DNA of 64,000 bases from a virus (IMGVR_UViG_3300032030_000030:40697-104696); one strand, 5' to 3'; shown: positions 15,650 through 27,168, counted from the stretch's first letter. Program-made: numbers and translations. The notes: a model not told the origin generated them from the letters alone.

Positions 15650-16189
15650 ATGATGAAATTGTTTCGTTTGGTAAATTACGAAGTTACCATTTCTGAAGAA
15701 GCACTTACACTTGCTAAATTCAGAAAAATCTGGGATAGGGATAGGACGCAAGGAAAGTTGAAAGCGCAGCAAGAGTTGGCGTTCATATACTTTTATGCTG
15801 ACCCTCGAAGCGATTATGCTGCAATCATAGACGACGAGGACAGGGAGAAGGAAATAAAGAAAGGATTGGGTCTTAAAGACGATTGGGTTATTGACAGGGA
15901 CTTGTCTGCGGCTATTGACTTCTATAAATCTTTCAAGCCTACAATCTGTCTTGCTCTCGATGATGCAAGATTGCAGCTTGAAAAGGTAAGGACAAAACTA
16001 AGGAACATCAGTCTTGAAGATGTGAAGATTAAGGACATTTCTGATTTTATAAAGGCGAATAGTGATGTTAGCAAGGCTATCGACCTTTTCTGCGAAATTG
16101 AAAAGAAAGTGAACAGGGAAATTCAGGAATCGACCAAGATGAGAGGTGTTGCAGAAAAGAAATTGTTTGACGAAGGAATTGATTTGTAA
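15650..16189 (+). CDS. protein preceding TerL (candidate terminase small subunit)
   Basis: TAATG coupling to the terminase large subunit; function by position only. Confidence 0.55.
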   Translation: MMKLFRLVNYEVTISEEALTLAKFRKIWDRDRTQGKLKAQQELAFIYFYADPRSDYAAIIDDEDREKEIKKGLGLKDDWVIDRDLSAAIDFYKSFKPTICLALDDARLQLEKVRTKLRNISLEDVKIKDISDFIKANSDVSKAIDLFCEIEKKVNREIQESTKMRGVAEKKLFDEGIDL

Positions 16190-18465
16190 TGCAAAAGTTT
16201 AATCAGTATCAGACTCAACTGTCTGACGAGGACTTCGAGAAACTTCCACAAGAAGTCAGAGAGCAGTTCATCGAATATATAACGAGTGTTCCTTTAATTA
16301 AAAGCTACATAAGCCTTGAAAGGAAAAGGGCGTGTGATATAGAAAAAGACGAGAAGGGAAGGATAAAGGTCGATATAACACAGCCTCACATTTTAGAGGA
16401 TATGGATTATTTCAGACCTGCCGCTTTGTACTATAAGGAACACGGATGTTATACGAATCTTACTCCGAACTCTAATAAGAACTCAGACTATGGTAAATGG
16501 ATTCGTGAAGAAATACGCCGTTGCTATTATGGATATGTAAGGCCATCTGACGGCGAATGGATAACAGGAGATTACTATTTCTTTCTTAATTATTGCCCTA
16601 TCCTTATTTCGGACGTTGACGATTCTGACGATAAGAAAGGCAAGAAGAAAAGGGCTAAACGTGTGATTGATTTTCCATATGTTTGGGAAGGTCACTATTA
16701 TCTGTCTCATTATCTTGAACAGGCAAGAAATAATGGACATCACGCTTGTATGCTCGCAAGACGTGGTGCTGGCAAATCATTCTTTGGTGCTGCAAGATTG
16801 GCAAAGCGATTCATCCTTGGCGAAGATGAAGAGGTGAAGAAAAAGGTACAATGTGTCGTAACTGCAAGCGAAAGGAAATATATCATAGGTGCAAACCAAG
16901 TGCTTGATATGTTTCAGTATTACATCGACTTCTGCGCCAACAATACGCAGTTCCCTGCTGCAAGATTGGAGAACACCGCTCAGAATATGAAATGGACGAT
17001 GGGATTCATCGACCAGACTAATGGCACGAAGAAGGGAACTCTTAATTCTGTAATGGGTATTACCTCGAAAGATGATGAATCAAAACTTATCGGTTCTCGT
17101 GGTCAATTGTATCTGATTGAGGAAATGGGTTCATTCCCAAGGTTGCTTGGTATGTATGCTCGTTTGCGACCGTCAGTAGAGGACGGTGAAAATGTGTTCG
17201 GGCAGATTTATATGTATGGAACAGCAGGTGACGATGAAAGCAACTTTTCATCAGCGCAAGAAATTATGTATAACCCTGTCGGCTACAATATGCAAGCCGT
17301 TAAGAATGTATATGACAAGGAAGGTCAAGGAAGACAATATTTTACTTATTTCTTTCCATCGTATATCAATCGGGCAAACTGTTACGATAAGAATGGTAAT
17401 TCGGACGTAATTAAGGCTTTGATAGAAGTATTGCAAGATAGGTATATCACAAAATACAATACAACCGACATTAACTCTATCGTAAAACGTATATCCGAAT
17501 ATCCTATCACACCTGCCGAGGCTATACTTAGGGCTAATAAAAACCTATTCCCAGTAGTAGAGTTGAACGAAAGGATAAGTCAAATTGACAATGACCCAGG
17601 ATTTTACAATGATACATATGTAGGACATTTCGTACAAGTCAAAGACCATATCGAGTTCAGACCATCGACGGACATTCCAATCAGACAATACCCATTGAAC
17701 GACAACAAAGCGGAAGGTGCGGTTGAAATTTACACTATGCCTCAAAAAAACTCTGATGGCGAAGTTCCTGGAGAACGTTACATTATCGGCTATGACCCTG
17801 TTGATGATGATGAATCTCAAACAATGTCCTTGACGTCTATGTTTGTTCTTGATTTATGGACAGACAAAATTGTTTGTGAATACACTGGACGTAAAAGACT
17901 TGCAGATGATAACTATGAAATAGTAAGACAGGCTTGTATGTTCTTCAATGCAAAATGTTTGTATGAAAATAACAAGAAGGGCATATACTCTTATTTTGCG
18001 CAAAGGAATTGTCTGTACTTGCTTGCAGAAACACCTGAATATTTAAGAGACAAAGACTTGATAAAAGTCATCGGAATAGGTAATAAGGGCAGGGGTGTTA
18101 ATGCTACGCTTGGCATAAACAACTATGCGAACTTGTTGATTCAACAGTGGTTGATAAAGCCTGTGACAAATATTGTCGAAGAAGACGGAGAACAAAAGGA
18201 AATAACAATATCAAACTTATATAATCTCAAAGGACGCGCTCTGATACTTGAACTCATCAAATTTAACCCAGATGGCAACTTTGACCGAGTAAGAGCATTG
18301 GGTATGGCTATGTTGTACAGAGAAGAGAAGATGATTTTGTATCAGGGAGATATGAGGAACGCTAATAAAAAAGATACTAAGTATCTTGGGAATGACGAGT
18401 TCTTTGTAAAAAACTATACTAAGCATAAACCAAAACGTAATATGTACTTCAATAATATAGTATAG
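16189..18465 (+). CDS. terL: terminase large subunit
   Basis: Walker A ARRGAGKS, Walker B LIEE, nuclease motif IIGYDP. Confidence 0.95.
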   Translation: MQKFNQYQTQLSDEDFEKLPQEVREQFIEYITSVPLIKSYISLERKRACDIEKDEKGRIKVDITQPHILEDMDYFRPAALYYKEHGCYTNLTPNSNKNSDYGKWIREEIRRCYYGYVRPSDGEWITGDYYFFLNYCPILISDVDDSDDKKGKKKRAKRVIDFPYVWEGHYYLSHYLEQARNNGHHACMLARRGAGKSFFGAARLAKRFILGEDEEVKKKVQCVVTASERKYIIGANQVLDMFQYYIDFCANNTQFPAARLENTAQNMKWTMGFIDQTNGTKKGTLNSVMGITSKDDESKLIGSRGQLYLIEEMGSFPRLLGMYARLRPSVEDGENVFGQIYMYGTAGDDESNFSSAQEIMYNPVGYNMQAVKNVYDKEGQGRQYFTYFFPSYINRANCYDKNGNSDVIKALIEVLQDRYITKYNTTDINSIVKRISEYPITPAEAILRANKNLFPVVELNERISQIDNDPGFYNDTYVGHFVQVKDHIEFRPSTDIPIRQYPLNDNKAEGAVEIYTMPQKNSDGEVPGERYIIGYDPVDDDESQTMSLTSMFVLDLWTDKIVCEYTGRKRLADDNYEIVRQACMFFNAKCLYENNKKGIYSYFAQRNCLYLLAETPEYLRDKDLIKVIGIGNKGRGVNATLGINNYANLLIQQWLIKPVTNIVEEDGEQKEITISNLYNLKGRALILELIKFNPDGNFDRVRALGMAMLYREEKMILYQGDMRNANKKDTKYLGNDEFFVKNYTKHKPKRNMYFNNIV

Positions 18466-18491
18466 TGCTTTTAAGCCGAATGTTTTAAGCA

Positions 18492-18499
18492 TATATTTG
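18492..18499 (+). promoter_or_regulatory. Bacteroidota -7 element TATATTTG
   Basis: Intergenic before the portal; the same element occurs at 29507, 32612, 40576 and 51650. Confidence 0.6.
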
Positions 18500-18520
18500 C
18501 ATTGTTAAAAGGAATTGAAT

Positions 18521-20953
18521 ATGAGCAGTTATGCTGGTCTTCCTCCACAACAGTTGCCGATGAGCAAGAAAGGAAAGGAGTGGAGGAAGAAACATTTGGA
18601 TTGGGCTAATTCGAGGTCGTATTTTAATTACAGTCCTGTAAGGAAGTCGTTGGCTGCGATGAAGATAAACTATGATTTAGTCAACGGCATAATCCATATG
18701 AAGGATATCGAACACGTACTCAACCCTAACGACATTGAGGGATGTTTTATCCCTAACAAAATACAGCACTACCCTATCATCAACTCAAAACTTGGAGTTC
18801 TTAGGGGAGAGGAAGCGAAAAGAAACTTTGATTTCAGGGTTGTTGTAACCAATCCAAACGCTGTTAGCGAAATTGAAAATAACAAAAAGAAGGAAGTCTT
18901 TGAGATGCTTCAACAGTTCGTTCAGAATCAAGACATGAGCGATGATGAGGCTAATCAACAATTGACCGACATGGACAGGTATTACTCATACGAATGGCAG
19001 GATATGCGAGAGGTAATGGGTAACGCCCTGTTAAATCATTATATAAAGGAACTTGACATCAAGACAAAGTTCAACGAAGGATTTATGGACGCGCTTACCG
19101 TCGGTGAAGAAATATATAGATGTGATATTGTAAGCGGCGAGCCAACGTTTGAAAGAATTAATCCAGAGAAAATAAGCATTTTCAGAAGCGGTACTTCTGA
19201 CAAAGTAGAAGATGCCGACGTTATAATAATAGAAGACTATTTGCCTATAGGCAAGGTATATGATGAGTTTGGAGAGTCCTTGACAAAGAAAGATATGGAA
19301 CATCTTGAAAAAGGGCTTTCAAGTTCGGAAGACGCAGATGAAATGGGTAATATTGACGAAAGGGATGGATTTGTCAATATGCACATGATTGGAGATACAA
19401 TCGCTACTGACGATACATACTTTGACCCATATAATCTTTTTGGTGCAAACAATCCGAACAATCTTACTCCATTTGATATGGATGGGAATGTGAGGGTTCT
19501 ACGTATGTACTGGAAGTCAAGAAGAAGAATTAAAAAGGTAAAGTCATATGACCCTGAAACGGGTGAAGAACTCTACAATTTTTACAACGAAGACTACATT
19601 ATAAACGAAGACGCAGGCGAAGAAGAAACTGCGTTCTATATAAACGAAGCATGGGAAGGCACTCTTATCGGTAAGAGTATATACGTAAATATGCGTCCAA
19701 GACCAATCCAGTATAACAGACTTTCAAACCCTTCGATATGTCATTTTGGAATTGTAGGTACGATATACAACCGTAATGAATCCAAACCTTATTCCCTTGT
19801 GGATATGATGAAACCATACAGTTATATGTATGATGTCATATACGATAGATTGCTCAAGACGGTGGCAAACAACTGGGGTAAGATAATTCAGATGGACTTC
19901 GCCAAAATACCTGACGGATGGACACCTGAGCAATGGATGTACTGGGCTAAGGAAAACAGCATTGCTGTAATTGACTCGTTCAAGGAAGGCAACAAAGGCG
20001 CAGCTACAGGCAAGATATCTGGAGCATTAAATACAAATACTACAGGTGTGATAGACGCAGACCTCAGCCAGGCGATAATGGGCTACATTAACTTACTTGT
20101 ACAAACAAAGGATGAGATGGGAGAAATCTCAGGTATAAGTAAGCAAAGAGAGGGTCAAGTTTCAAACAGAGAAACCGTTGGTGGTGTTGAAAGGGCTACG
20201 CTGCAATCTTCGCATATAACTGAATGGTGGTTTACAAAACACGACAATACAAAGAAAAGATGTCTTGAAGTATTACTTGAAACGGCTAAAATCGCTATCA
20301 GGGGCAAAAGCAAGAAATTCTCATACATTCTTCCTGACTATGCCGTAAAGATGATGGATATAGACGGCAACCTTTTGTCTGAAAACGACTATGGCATCGT
20401 AGTAGATTCTGATGGTGTAGAACTCGACAAGGATAAACTCGAAGCAATTGTTCAGGCAGGCATACAGACACAATCTATGTTGATGTCTACCGCAATGAAG
20501 GCACTTGGTTCTTCTTCATTGGCTGAGAAGCAAAGGATGATTGAACAGGATGAGCAAATGAGAATGCAACAGCAACAGCAGCAGCAACAAGCTCAGTTAC
20601 AACAACAGCAACAACAGGCTGAACTTCAATTACAGATGCAGCAGGCGCAAATGCAGTTACAGAACGAGATGAACATTAGGGATAATGAGACCAGGCTTCA
20701 AATCGCACAACTGCAAGCCGCAGTAAAAGCAGAACAGGAAATACCTGAAGAGTCTCAGATGACTGAAAAAGAAAGACTTGAAGCAAGTCTCAAGGAAAGA
20801 ACATTGGAAGAGAATAAAAGGCAATTCGATGAGAAGCAGAGGCTTGAGAGAGATAAGTTTAGTTTTGACAGAAGGAAAGCGGAAATCGACAAAGATTTGA
20901 AAGAGAAGCAAATTTCTGTTCAAAGAATGAAGAAAACTTCAAATAGTAATTAA
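18521..20953 (+). CDS. portal protein
   Basis: Follows TerL; HYPIINSKL and ETVGGVERA motifs; Gln-rich C-terminal barrel. Confidence 0.92.
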   Translation: MSSYAGLPPQQLPMSKKGKEWRKKHLDWANSRSYFNYSPVRKSLAAMKINYDLVNGIIHMKDIEHVLNPNDIEGCFIPNKIQHYPIINSKLGVLRGEEAKRNFDFRVVVTNPNAVSEIENNKKKEVFEMLQQFVQNQDMSDDEANQQLTDMDRYYSYEWQDMREVMGNALLNHYIKELDIKTKFNEGFMDALTVGEEIYRCDIVSGEPTFERINPEKISIFRSGTSDKVEDADVIIIEDYLPIGKVYDEFGESLTKKDMEHLEKGLSSSEDADEMGNIDERDGFVNMHMIGDTIATDDTYFDPYNLFGANNPNNLTPFDMDGNVRVLRMYWKSRRRIKKVKSYDPETGEELYNFYNEDYIINEDAGEEETAFYINEAWEGTLIGKSIYVNMRPRPIQYNRLSNPSICHFGIVGTIYNRNESKPYSLVDMMKPYSYMYDVIYDRLLKTVANNWGKIIQMDFAKIPDGWTPEQWMYWAKENSIAVIDSFKEGNKGAATGKISGALNTNTTGVIDADLSQAIMGYINLLVQTKDEMGEISGISKQREGQVSNRETVGGVERATLQSSHITEWWFTKHDNTKKRCLEVLLETAKIAIRGKSKKFSYILPDYAVKMMDIDGNLLSENDYGIVVDSDGVELDKDKLEAIVQAGIQTQSMLMSTAMKALGSSSLAEKQRMIEQDEQMRMQQQQQQQQAQLQQQQQQAELQLQMQQAQMQLQNEMNIRDNETRLQIAQLQAAVKAEQEIPEESQMTEKERLEASLKERTLEENKRQFDEKQRLERDKFSFDRRKAEIDKDLKEKQISVQRMKKTSNSN

Positions 20954-20955
20954 TT

Positions 20956-23016
20956 ATGGGCTATATAAAAAGACTTAAGGAGAACGAGCTTGTAGGTGGC
21001 ACATCTGAAACATTTGTCTATCCTATCACAGCAACAACAGCGGTTTATCACGATGGTGAACCGCTCAGTGATGTGATAACAAGGATGGACATAGAAAATA
21101 TGCCTACCGTCGTAAACAATCAAGACGTTACTCTGCAATATGGAGAGAAGTCCATTGTGGCAGTTGTTGGAGAACAAGAGATAACAGTTACGATGCCGCC
21201 AGAGCCAGAGATTCCTGAGCCTGAACCATTGTCTGTCATCAATGGTAATCCTCAACTTGAATATGGCAAACAATCGACTGTTGCTACAATAGATGGAAAA
21301 AACATCACAGTAACAATGCCGTCTGCTCCACAGCAAGAGACTGTTACAGTTGAAAATAAGAACGCAAATCTACAATATGGTTCTACTGCGACAGTGGCGA
21401 CAATCAACGGAGTTGACGTCAACGTTTCATTACCAGAACCTCCGCCATCGGAAGTGTCTATAGATGCTGTGGACATAGACGTTTACTCCTGGGGCGAACT
21501 TGACGATTTCATTAATTGGAAGTTAAAAGAGAAGCCGACAGGAGGATATTCGTTCCTATATGCAGTAGGTTTGTCGTTGCATTACAATGGTACAGGAGTA
21601 TTCACAAGAATACATATCAGGGCTGATTTCGGCATAGAAACCGATTTTGAAAATGGAATGTTAAAAGCAATAGACACTCACAATTGCGAAATATATGGAC
21701 ATTCCCATACATTGTATATGTATAGAACTGTCAATGGCTCAAGGGTAAAAAGTATTTTGTCATTAAAGACTTCGTACTTGAAAATAGAGCAACTTCGTAT
21801 GATGAGGCATCCTAACAAAACAGACGTAGACACAGATTCGATTGGAGGTTATATAAAAGTTGGATGCTTTGGTGATAGGACATATCTTGTGTTCAACAAG
21901 GTTGAGTTCTTGAATTTCCCAGTATGTAGCACCAAGCCTATTGCAGCAACAACAGACTCGGATGACATAGGTGTATTGCATCCAGACCCATTTACATTCA
22001 TTAAGATTGAGGGTGGTATTTGGCGAAATGGTATAACAACAGGAACTGATTGGTCTGTGAAAATAGAAATGAACGAATGCCAATTTGTTGTGCATCCATT
22101 CAGATTTAATTACACTGTATTGGATAATCCTTACAGGAATGCGATACTTGCTGCTGATTATAATGAATGCTATGCAAAAGTAATATACACAGGTTATGTA
22201 GGCTCGGTTCAGATGAGGATATATAATCAACAGGCTGGCTCGTCAAAGGTAGGAGATACTCTAAGGCAAACCATTGGATGCGGTAAAATTAGCCTCATCA
22301 AACAATCTGATGGAGTGATTATACAAGACACGACATTATATTCTGATGGAACAGTAAAACTTTGTTCTGTTGATACAGATACGTTTGACTCTACACAGAA
22401 TGGATTGCTCGATAGGACAAAAAGACTTCGTATTTATTACGGTTTGACACCAGAGACTATCCTAAACATAGAGAATAATAATACTCCGCAAGAAGAAGAG
22501 GAGACCCAACAGAACGATGGAGTTCCACAAGGTGTAATCGTAATGTGGAGTGGTTATAATGAAAACATACCAATAGGCTGGGCGTTATGTGATGGTCAGA
22601 CTGTTGATGGCGTTAAGACTCCTGATTTAAGAGGCAAGTTTATATACGCGGCAGAAGAGAATAGGATTGGAGAACTTGGAGTTGTGGCTAACGCAGAAGG
22701 ATGGCACACAGGAGAGCCATCTAACTCTACGTACAAAACGTCATTTACAATGTATGCCAGCGACTTACCACAACACACACACCCGTTAACTACTAATTCT
22801 ACGTATAAAGTTCCTGCTACAAATAAAGGTTTTGAAGATATTAAGAGTTCAGGGAATGGTGCTTGTGCTTGGGATAGCAATTATGGAGATAAGGATTTTG
22901 AACTGATAAACGCGACAAAAGTGAATACAGGTTGTGGTTCTACATCGAAGACATTTACGATTAACATACCGAAACCTTCGTTTTATACACTTGCGTTTAT
23001 AATGAAAGTAGTATAA
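20956..23016 (+). CDS. fibre protein with three ~30-aa repeats and a C-terminal tail-collar domain
   Basis: LQYG..TVAT...ITVTMP repeats; PQGVIVMWSG...PIGWALCDG...PDLRGKF collar signature. Confidence 0.75.
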   Translation: MGYIKRLKENELVGGTSETFVYPITATTAVYHDGEPLSDVITRMDIENMPTVVNNQDVTLQYGEKSIVAVVGEQEITVTMPPEPEIPEPEPLSVINGNPQLEYGKQSTVATIDGKNITVTMPSAPQQETVTVENKNANLQYGSTATVATINGVDVNVSLPEPPPSEVSIDAVDIDVYSWGELDDFINWKLKEKPTGGYSFLYAVGLSLHYNGTGVFTRIHIRADFGIETDFENGMLKAIDTHNCEIYGHSHTLYMYRTVNGSRVKSILSLKTSYLKIEQLRMMRHPNKTDVDTDSIGGYIKVGCFGDRTYLVFNKVEFLNFPVCSTKPIAATTDSDDIGVLHPDPFTFIKIEGGIWRNGITTGTDWSVKIEMNECQFVVHPFRFNYTVLDNPYRNAILAADYNECYAKVIYTGYVGSVQMRIYNQQAGSSKVGDTLRQTIGCGKISLIKQSDGVIIQDTTLYSDGTVKLCSVDTDTFDSTQNGLLDRTKRLRIYYGLTPETILNIENNNTPQEEEETQQNDGVPQGVIVMWSGYNENIPIGWALCDGQTVDGVKTPDLRGKFIYAAEENRIGELGVVANAEGWHTGEPSNSTYKTSFTMYASDLPQHTHPLTTNSTYKVPATNKGFEDIKSSGNGACAWDSNYGDKDFELINATKVNTGCGSTSKTFTINIPKPSFYTLAFIMKVV

Positions 23017-23405
23017 TGGAAAGAGAAAATTCAAGAGTAGCCTTTTGCTTAGGCGATAAGGTTATGTTCGGAGTCATTTCGGACAACATACCATATACAG
23101 CATTTAACGAATGTATGAAAGTTTACTTGTATAATTCCGTTAAATACTACGAGGTAGTAAAGGGTGAATATTGGATAGATGAAGAAGACCCGTATGTAAT
23201 ACACGTAGCAATTCCTCCTGCAAAGACGGAGAAGATGTTACCTGGTGATTATGACCTTGTAATCAAAGGTTGCGTATATGACGTAATTGACAAGGCGGAC
23301 ATTGAAACCTCTGCAAGGATTATGAATGCAATAAGACTTGACTGGTCTCCTGCGAGGAAAGACCACTTTGCGAATGGAGTTGCTCCAATTTTAGAAAATG
23401 ATTAA
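23016..23405 (+). CDS. small virion/fibre adaptor protein
   Basis: TAATG coupling; beta-rich, 129 aa. Confidence 0.6.
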   Translation: MERENSRVAFCLGDKVMFGVISDNIPYTAFNECMKVYLYNSVKYYEVVKGEYWIDEEDPYVIHVAIPPAKTEKMLPGDYDLVIKGCVYDVIDKADIETSARIMNAIRLDWSPARKDHFANGVAPILEND

Positions 23406-23416
23406 ATAACAATAAT

Positions 23417-25717
23417 ATGGCACAGAAAGAAAATATATACAGAGTAGGATTTGGAAGGATACGTCTTGGGTTTGACCAGAACGTAACTACATCCGACGGA
23501 CTTACGCCTGAGCAAGTGAACAACCTTATTGATGCCAAAGTTCCAGATTTGACTTTGAACAACGGTGGAGGTACTGTTCCATTTGCCACACTTAATGGTC
23601 AGACATATTATTTTCCGCCTACACCTAAGACTTATGACTCGGTTCTTCCGATAAAAAGGACTCCAGGGACATCAACAGATACATTCTCATTGATGTACGA
23701 TACAGAAACTCTTGGAGTGCAGGATGGAAAGCTATATGCAAAGGCAAAGCCCGTAACATACGAGCTTCCATTAAAGGAAGAGAATGGTGTTGTGAAGGTA
23801 ATAATAGGAAACTCTATGACAAAAACATCTGGTTCGCTCAACATAAAAGTATCAGAAAACGACAAGTTGCTTTCTATTGATGGCAATGGGTTGAAGACTA
23901 CTATTAGTGTTGATGGTCCAGACGATGTTGATGGATATAGGGTATATACTATTAAAGGAAAGGCGAATGTATCACTCGGTACAATTTCATTCCCAATACA
24001 GGAATTTGCAGACACGAAGATAGATACCTTGTCGTTTGATACTTCCACAAAGAAACTTACAATAGTAGATACTGCTGGTTCTACCTTTGAAACAACAGTA
24101 CCATATAAGGATTATGTTCAAGGAGATGGCATTGATATTAATGGCAGTGCAATAAGCGTTAAATATGACGGCACAACCATAGTCAAAGATGCTACTACTG
24201 GCAAACTCAAAAGTGTTACAAACATAAGTGGAACTGCACCTATTGTAGTTTCAGAAAACAATGTTATTGGATTTAACTACAACGAAAACCAATTCGCAGT
24301 AACTGAAGGAGTATTTGGCATTAAGGATAGTGTAATTCCAAACACATCGGCATTGACAACGAAAGTTACCAACATAGAAGGGGATATTACACAAATCAAT
24401 ACAACGCTTGGAACAAAGGCAGATAAAACAGACCTTAGTGGTAAACTTGATATAGCACAACCTGATGTAACGGCAGGGAATTACCTCGTTGTAAAAGAGG
24501 TAGATGGAGCCAAGAAGGTAACATTTGCACCATTCCCATTTGATGCCGAAGAGATTGATACTATCAAGAATCTTAGTAACATCCTCATATACAGAGGTGT
24601 TAAATCTGCAATATCAGAACTTCCAGAGGCAAATGATTCTGAAACTGGGGATGTTTGGTTTGTTAACATTGGAACAACCGCAGAACCAAAGTACGCCGAA
24701 TACGTATTCAATGGTGAAGTATGGGAGAAACTCGGAGACCACGAGCAGGTAGTGTATACAGGCGGAACAAATATTACAATAAATGGGACAGAAATTTCTT
24801 GCGATATAGACCCGAATGATTTTGTTCAGGTTTCATCAATGGATGATTATTATACTAAAACGCAGACAGATAATAAGTTCCTTACAATTGATGATGCGGC
24901 TTCAACATATTTAACAGGTCCTGCATATACGGCAGGCGCAAATGTAACTATTAGTAATGGAAGAGAAATTTCTGTAGACCTCGGTAATGCTATAAGTAGT
25001 CAGTTACAAAACTATTATACAAAGAGCGAGACGTACAGTCAAGCTGAAGTCGATAATATGATAAATGCAATTGAAGACCACGACACGACATATACGGCAG
25101 GCACAGGCATTGATATTACAAACGGCGAAATCTCTTGTACGATAGAAAACACAGATACCACATATACTGGCGATGGAACAACGGTATTTATCGACAGCAA
25201 CAATGTAATATCTGCAAATATTCCGTCCGTACCTGATATGAGCAATTATTACACCAAAAGTCAGGTATACAACAAAACTGATATTGATACTAAGTTTGCT
25301 AATCTTGTGGACGACGATACAACTTATACAGCAGGAATAAACGTTCAGATTTCAAATGACAACGTAATCAGTGCAACAGACACAAAGTATACTGGAGACG
25401 GTACAACTATCACAATTAGTAATCAGAATGTTATAAGTGCAAATCTTCCTGACACAAGCAATTTCGTAACAAGCTCTACGATAAGTTTGTTTAAGAATAT
25501 AAGAATAATGTCAGCAAGCAGCATTAGCAATAGTCTTAATAATATCAATACAACAGGTTGGACTGCGAACGACATATTAATTATAACAGATGTGCTTACG
25601 CAGTTGACATATTCTGTAAATGGCAATTCAAGAACCTGGTCTGGCCCGCTCGACTTTGACCTTATGTTTAGGTGGACAGGCACAGAGTTCAGACCTATGT
25701 TCTATTCAGTACACTAA
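23417..25717 (+). CDS. tail/head fibre protein
   Basis: Repeated YTAGxxIxI and YYTK fibre motifs. Confidence 0.8.
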   Translation: MAQKENIYRVGFGRIRLGFDQNVTTSDGLTPEQVNNLIDAKVPDLTLNNGGGTVPFATLNGQTYYFPPTPKTYDSVLPIKRTPGTSTDTFSLMYDTETLGVQDGKLYAKAKPVTYELPLKEENGVVKVIIGNSMTKTSGSLNIKVSENDKLLSIDGNGLKTTISVDGPDDVDGYRVYTIKGKANVSLGTISFPIQEFADTKIDTLSFDTSTKKLTIVDTAGSTFETTVPYKDYVQGDGIDINGSAISVKYDGTTIVKDATTGKLKSVTNISGTAPIVVSENNVIGFNYNENQFAVTEGVFGIKDSVIPNTSALTTKVTNIEGDITQINTTLGTKADKTDLSGKLDIAQPDVTAGNYLVVKEVDGAKKVTFAPFPFDAEEIDTIKNLSNILIYRGVKSAISELPEANDSETGDVWFVNIGTTAEPKYAEYVFNGEVWEKLGDHEQVVYTGGTNITINGTEISCDIDPNDFVQVSSMDDYYTKTQTDNKFLTIDDAASTYLTGPAYTAGANVTISNGREISVDLGNAISSQLQNYYTKSETYSQAEVDNMINAIEDHDTTYTAGTGIDITNGEISCTIENTDTTYTGDGTTVFIDSNNVISANIPSVPDMSNYYTKSQVYNKTDIDTKFANLVDDDTTYTAGINVQISNDNVISATDTKYTGDGTTITISNQNVISANLPDTSNFVTSSTISLFKNIRIMSASSISNSLNNINTTGWTANDILIITDVLTQLTYSVNGNSRTWSGPLDFDLMFRWTGTEFRPMFYSVH

Positions 25718-25733
25718 TTAAAATTTTAAAGAA

Positions 25734-26354
25734 ATGATACAAACAATAGACCAGTTGAAAGCTGCATTTGGCGACGGTAAGTTTCCAACTCTTACAAATT
25801 GGGAAGATTTGATAGACACAATATTTGCACAAAATCAAACAAATATATACAGTTTTCACCAAAGCTGTTACGCATCAAGTGTTCCTTCGGTTATAGAACC
25901 TTCTGCTAACTCAGTTGTTGGCAATGTATATGATGGCAATCCGTTCAATCCATACGACCCAGTACCTGTAAGTACATTTATGTCTAACAAGTTTAACATC
26001 AAAACATATGAGTATACTCTACCAAGCTCTCAGCAACAGGCAATAGGATATGAACCTTTTATTCTTATTATCCATAACAATGGTGTAATGTATGGCGGAG
26101 GTAACCATAATACAGAAATGTATGTTTCTTGGACAGCAAAGGCACATGGAGAAGCATTCTATCTATCAGAAGCAAGCAGAGAGCCAAGATACTTTGAATA
26201 TAAGAATGGTAAGTATGTGGCAAAACCACAAGTTGCAGTAATACCACTTGGCTGTAGCGTTGCTTTTTCTTATACAGAACTCAGTGGATTCCAGCCAATG
26301 GGCAACTTTACGTCAATTGATTACGATACATTAATGAAACAGAACAGCAATTAA
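25734..26354 (+). CDS. fibre-associated protein
   Basis: N-terminal LKAAFGDGKFPT...DLID motif shared with the next gene. Confidence 0.7.
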   Translation: MIQTIDQLKAAFGDGKFPTLTNWEDLIDTIFAQNQTNIYSFHQSCYASSVPSVIEPSANSVVGNVYDGNPFNPYDPVPVSTFMSNKFNIKTYEYTLPSSQQQAIGYEPFILIIHNNGVMYGGGNHNTEMYVSWTAKAHGEAFYLSEASREPRYFEYKNGKYVAKPQVAVIPLGCSVAFSYTELSGFQPMGNFTSIDYDTLMKQNSN

Positions 26355-26365
26355 AATTTAACAGT

Positions 26366-27148
26366 ATGACACAACAGGAAATAGACGCTTTGAAAGCACG
26401 ATTCAAGGCAGGAGGATATCCAACTCAGCAAGATTTTGAAGCGTTGATTGACGCTATCACAAATGGTGGCAGCAGTTCGAGTACAAGCGCACCAACTGGG
26501 CCAACTGTAATTCACGTAAACAATGTTTTGCGCGACAAGATTATATCTAATTACGAAACAAATGAAGGCGATTTTCCAGGCGAGTATGCAGGAGCTTCAC
26601 TTTATAATCCTTTTACAGCAACGGTAGTATCTGATATTATCAATGCGTATGAACAATTGAATAACGTAAGTCTCGAAGGCATCGATTCTGTTATAATCAT
26701 CAACGAATCGTGGGATTTCAAATATAATTACACATACGATGGAAGTTGGGGTATGACTGGCACGGGAGGATTTGACGGAAATCTTGGTAGCTATGGTGTA
26801 GAAAACTCGAATGTTCCTATCTATATCAAAACGAAGTATGCTAATGTATTACCTTCTGATAGTATAGGTTCGTCGCTGACTGATGACGAAGGATATATGG
26901 CAGCTTCTAATAATCCAACAGAGTATGGAGCAAGCTATGATTCTTATGGTGGACATGACGCAGTTTATGAGATACAAGTAATACCTGACGGTAATGCAAT
27001 GATGTTCGTAAAAAGAAATGCTTACACTGATAACCAAGGCAATTCAAATACAGTTGACTGGGTTCCAGTAAATAAAAATATCACTATTACCGAATACGAA
27101 CTTGGAGAAATGGCGCAAGAGTTCAATTCAAATAACGCTACAACTTAG
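26366..27148 (+). CDS. fibre-associated protein
   Basis: N-terminal LKARFKAGGYPTQQDFEALID motif. Confidence 0.7.
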   Translation: MTQQEIDALKARFKAGGYPTQQDFEALIDAITNGGSSSSTSAPTGPTVIHVNNVLRDKIISNYETNEGDFPGEYAGASLYNPFTATVVSDIINAYEQLNNVSLEGIDSVIIINESWDFKYNYTYDGSWGMTGTGGFDGNLGSYGVENSNVPIYIKTKYANVLPSDSIGSSLTDDEGYMAASNNPTEYGASYDSYGGHDAVYEIQVIPDGNAMMFVKRNAYTDNQGNSNTVDWVPVNKNITITEYELGEMAQEFNSNNATT

Positions 27149-27168
27149 TATAATCATCAGAAGGTAAA

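Noticed and set aside
20560-20670. CAG/CAA repeat
   Set aside because: Ordinary Gln-rich portal barrel coding sequence
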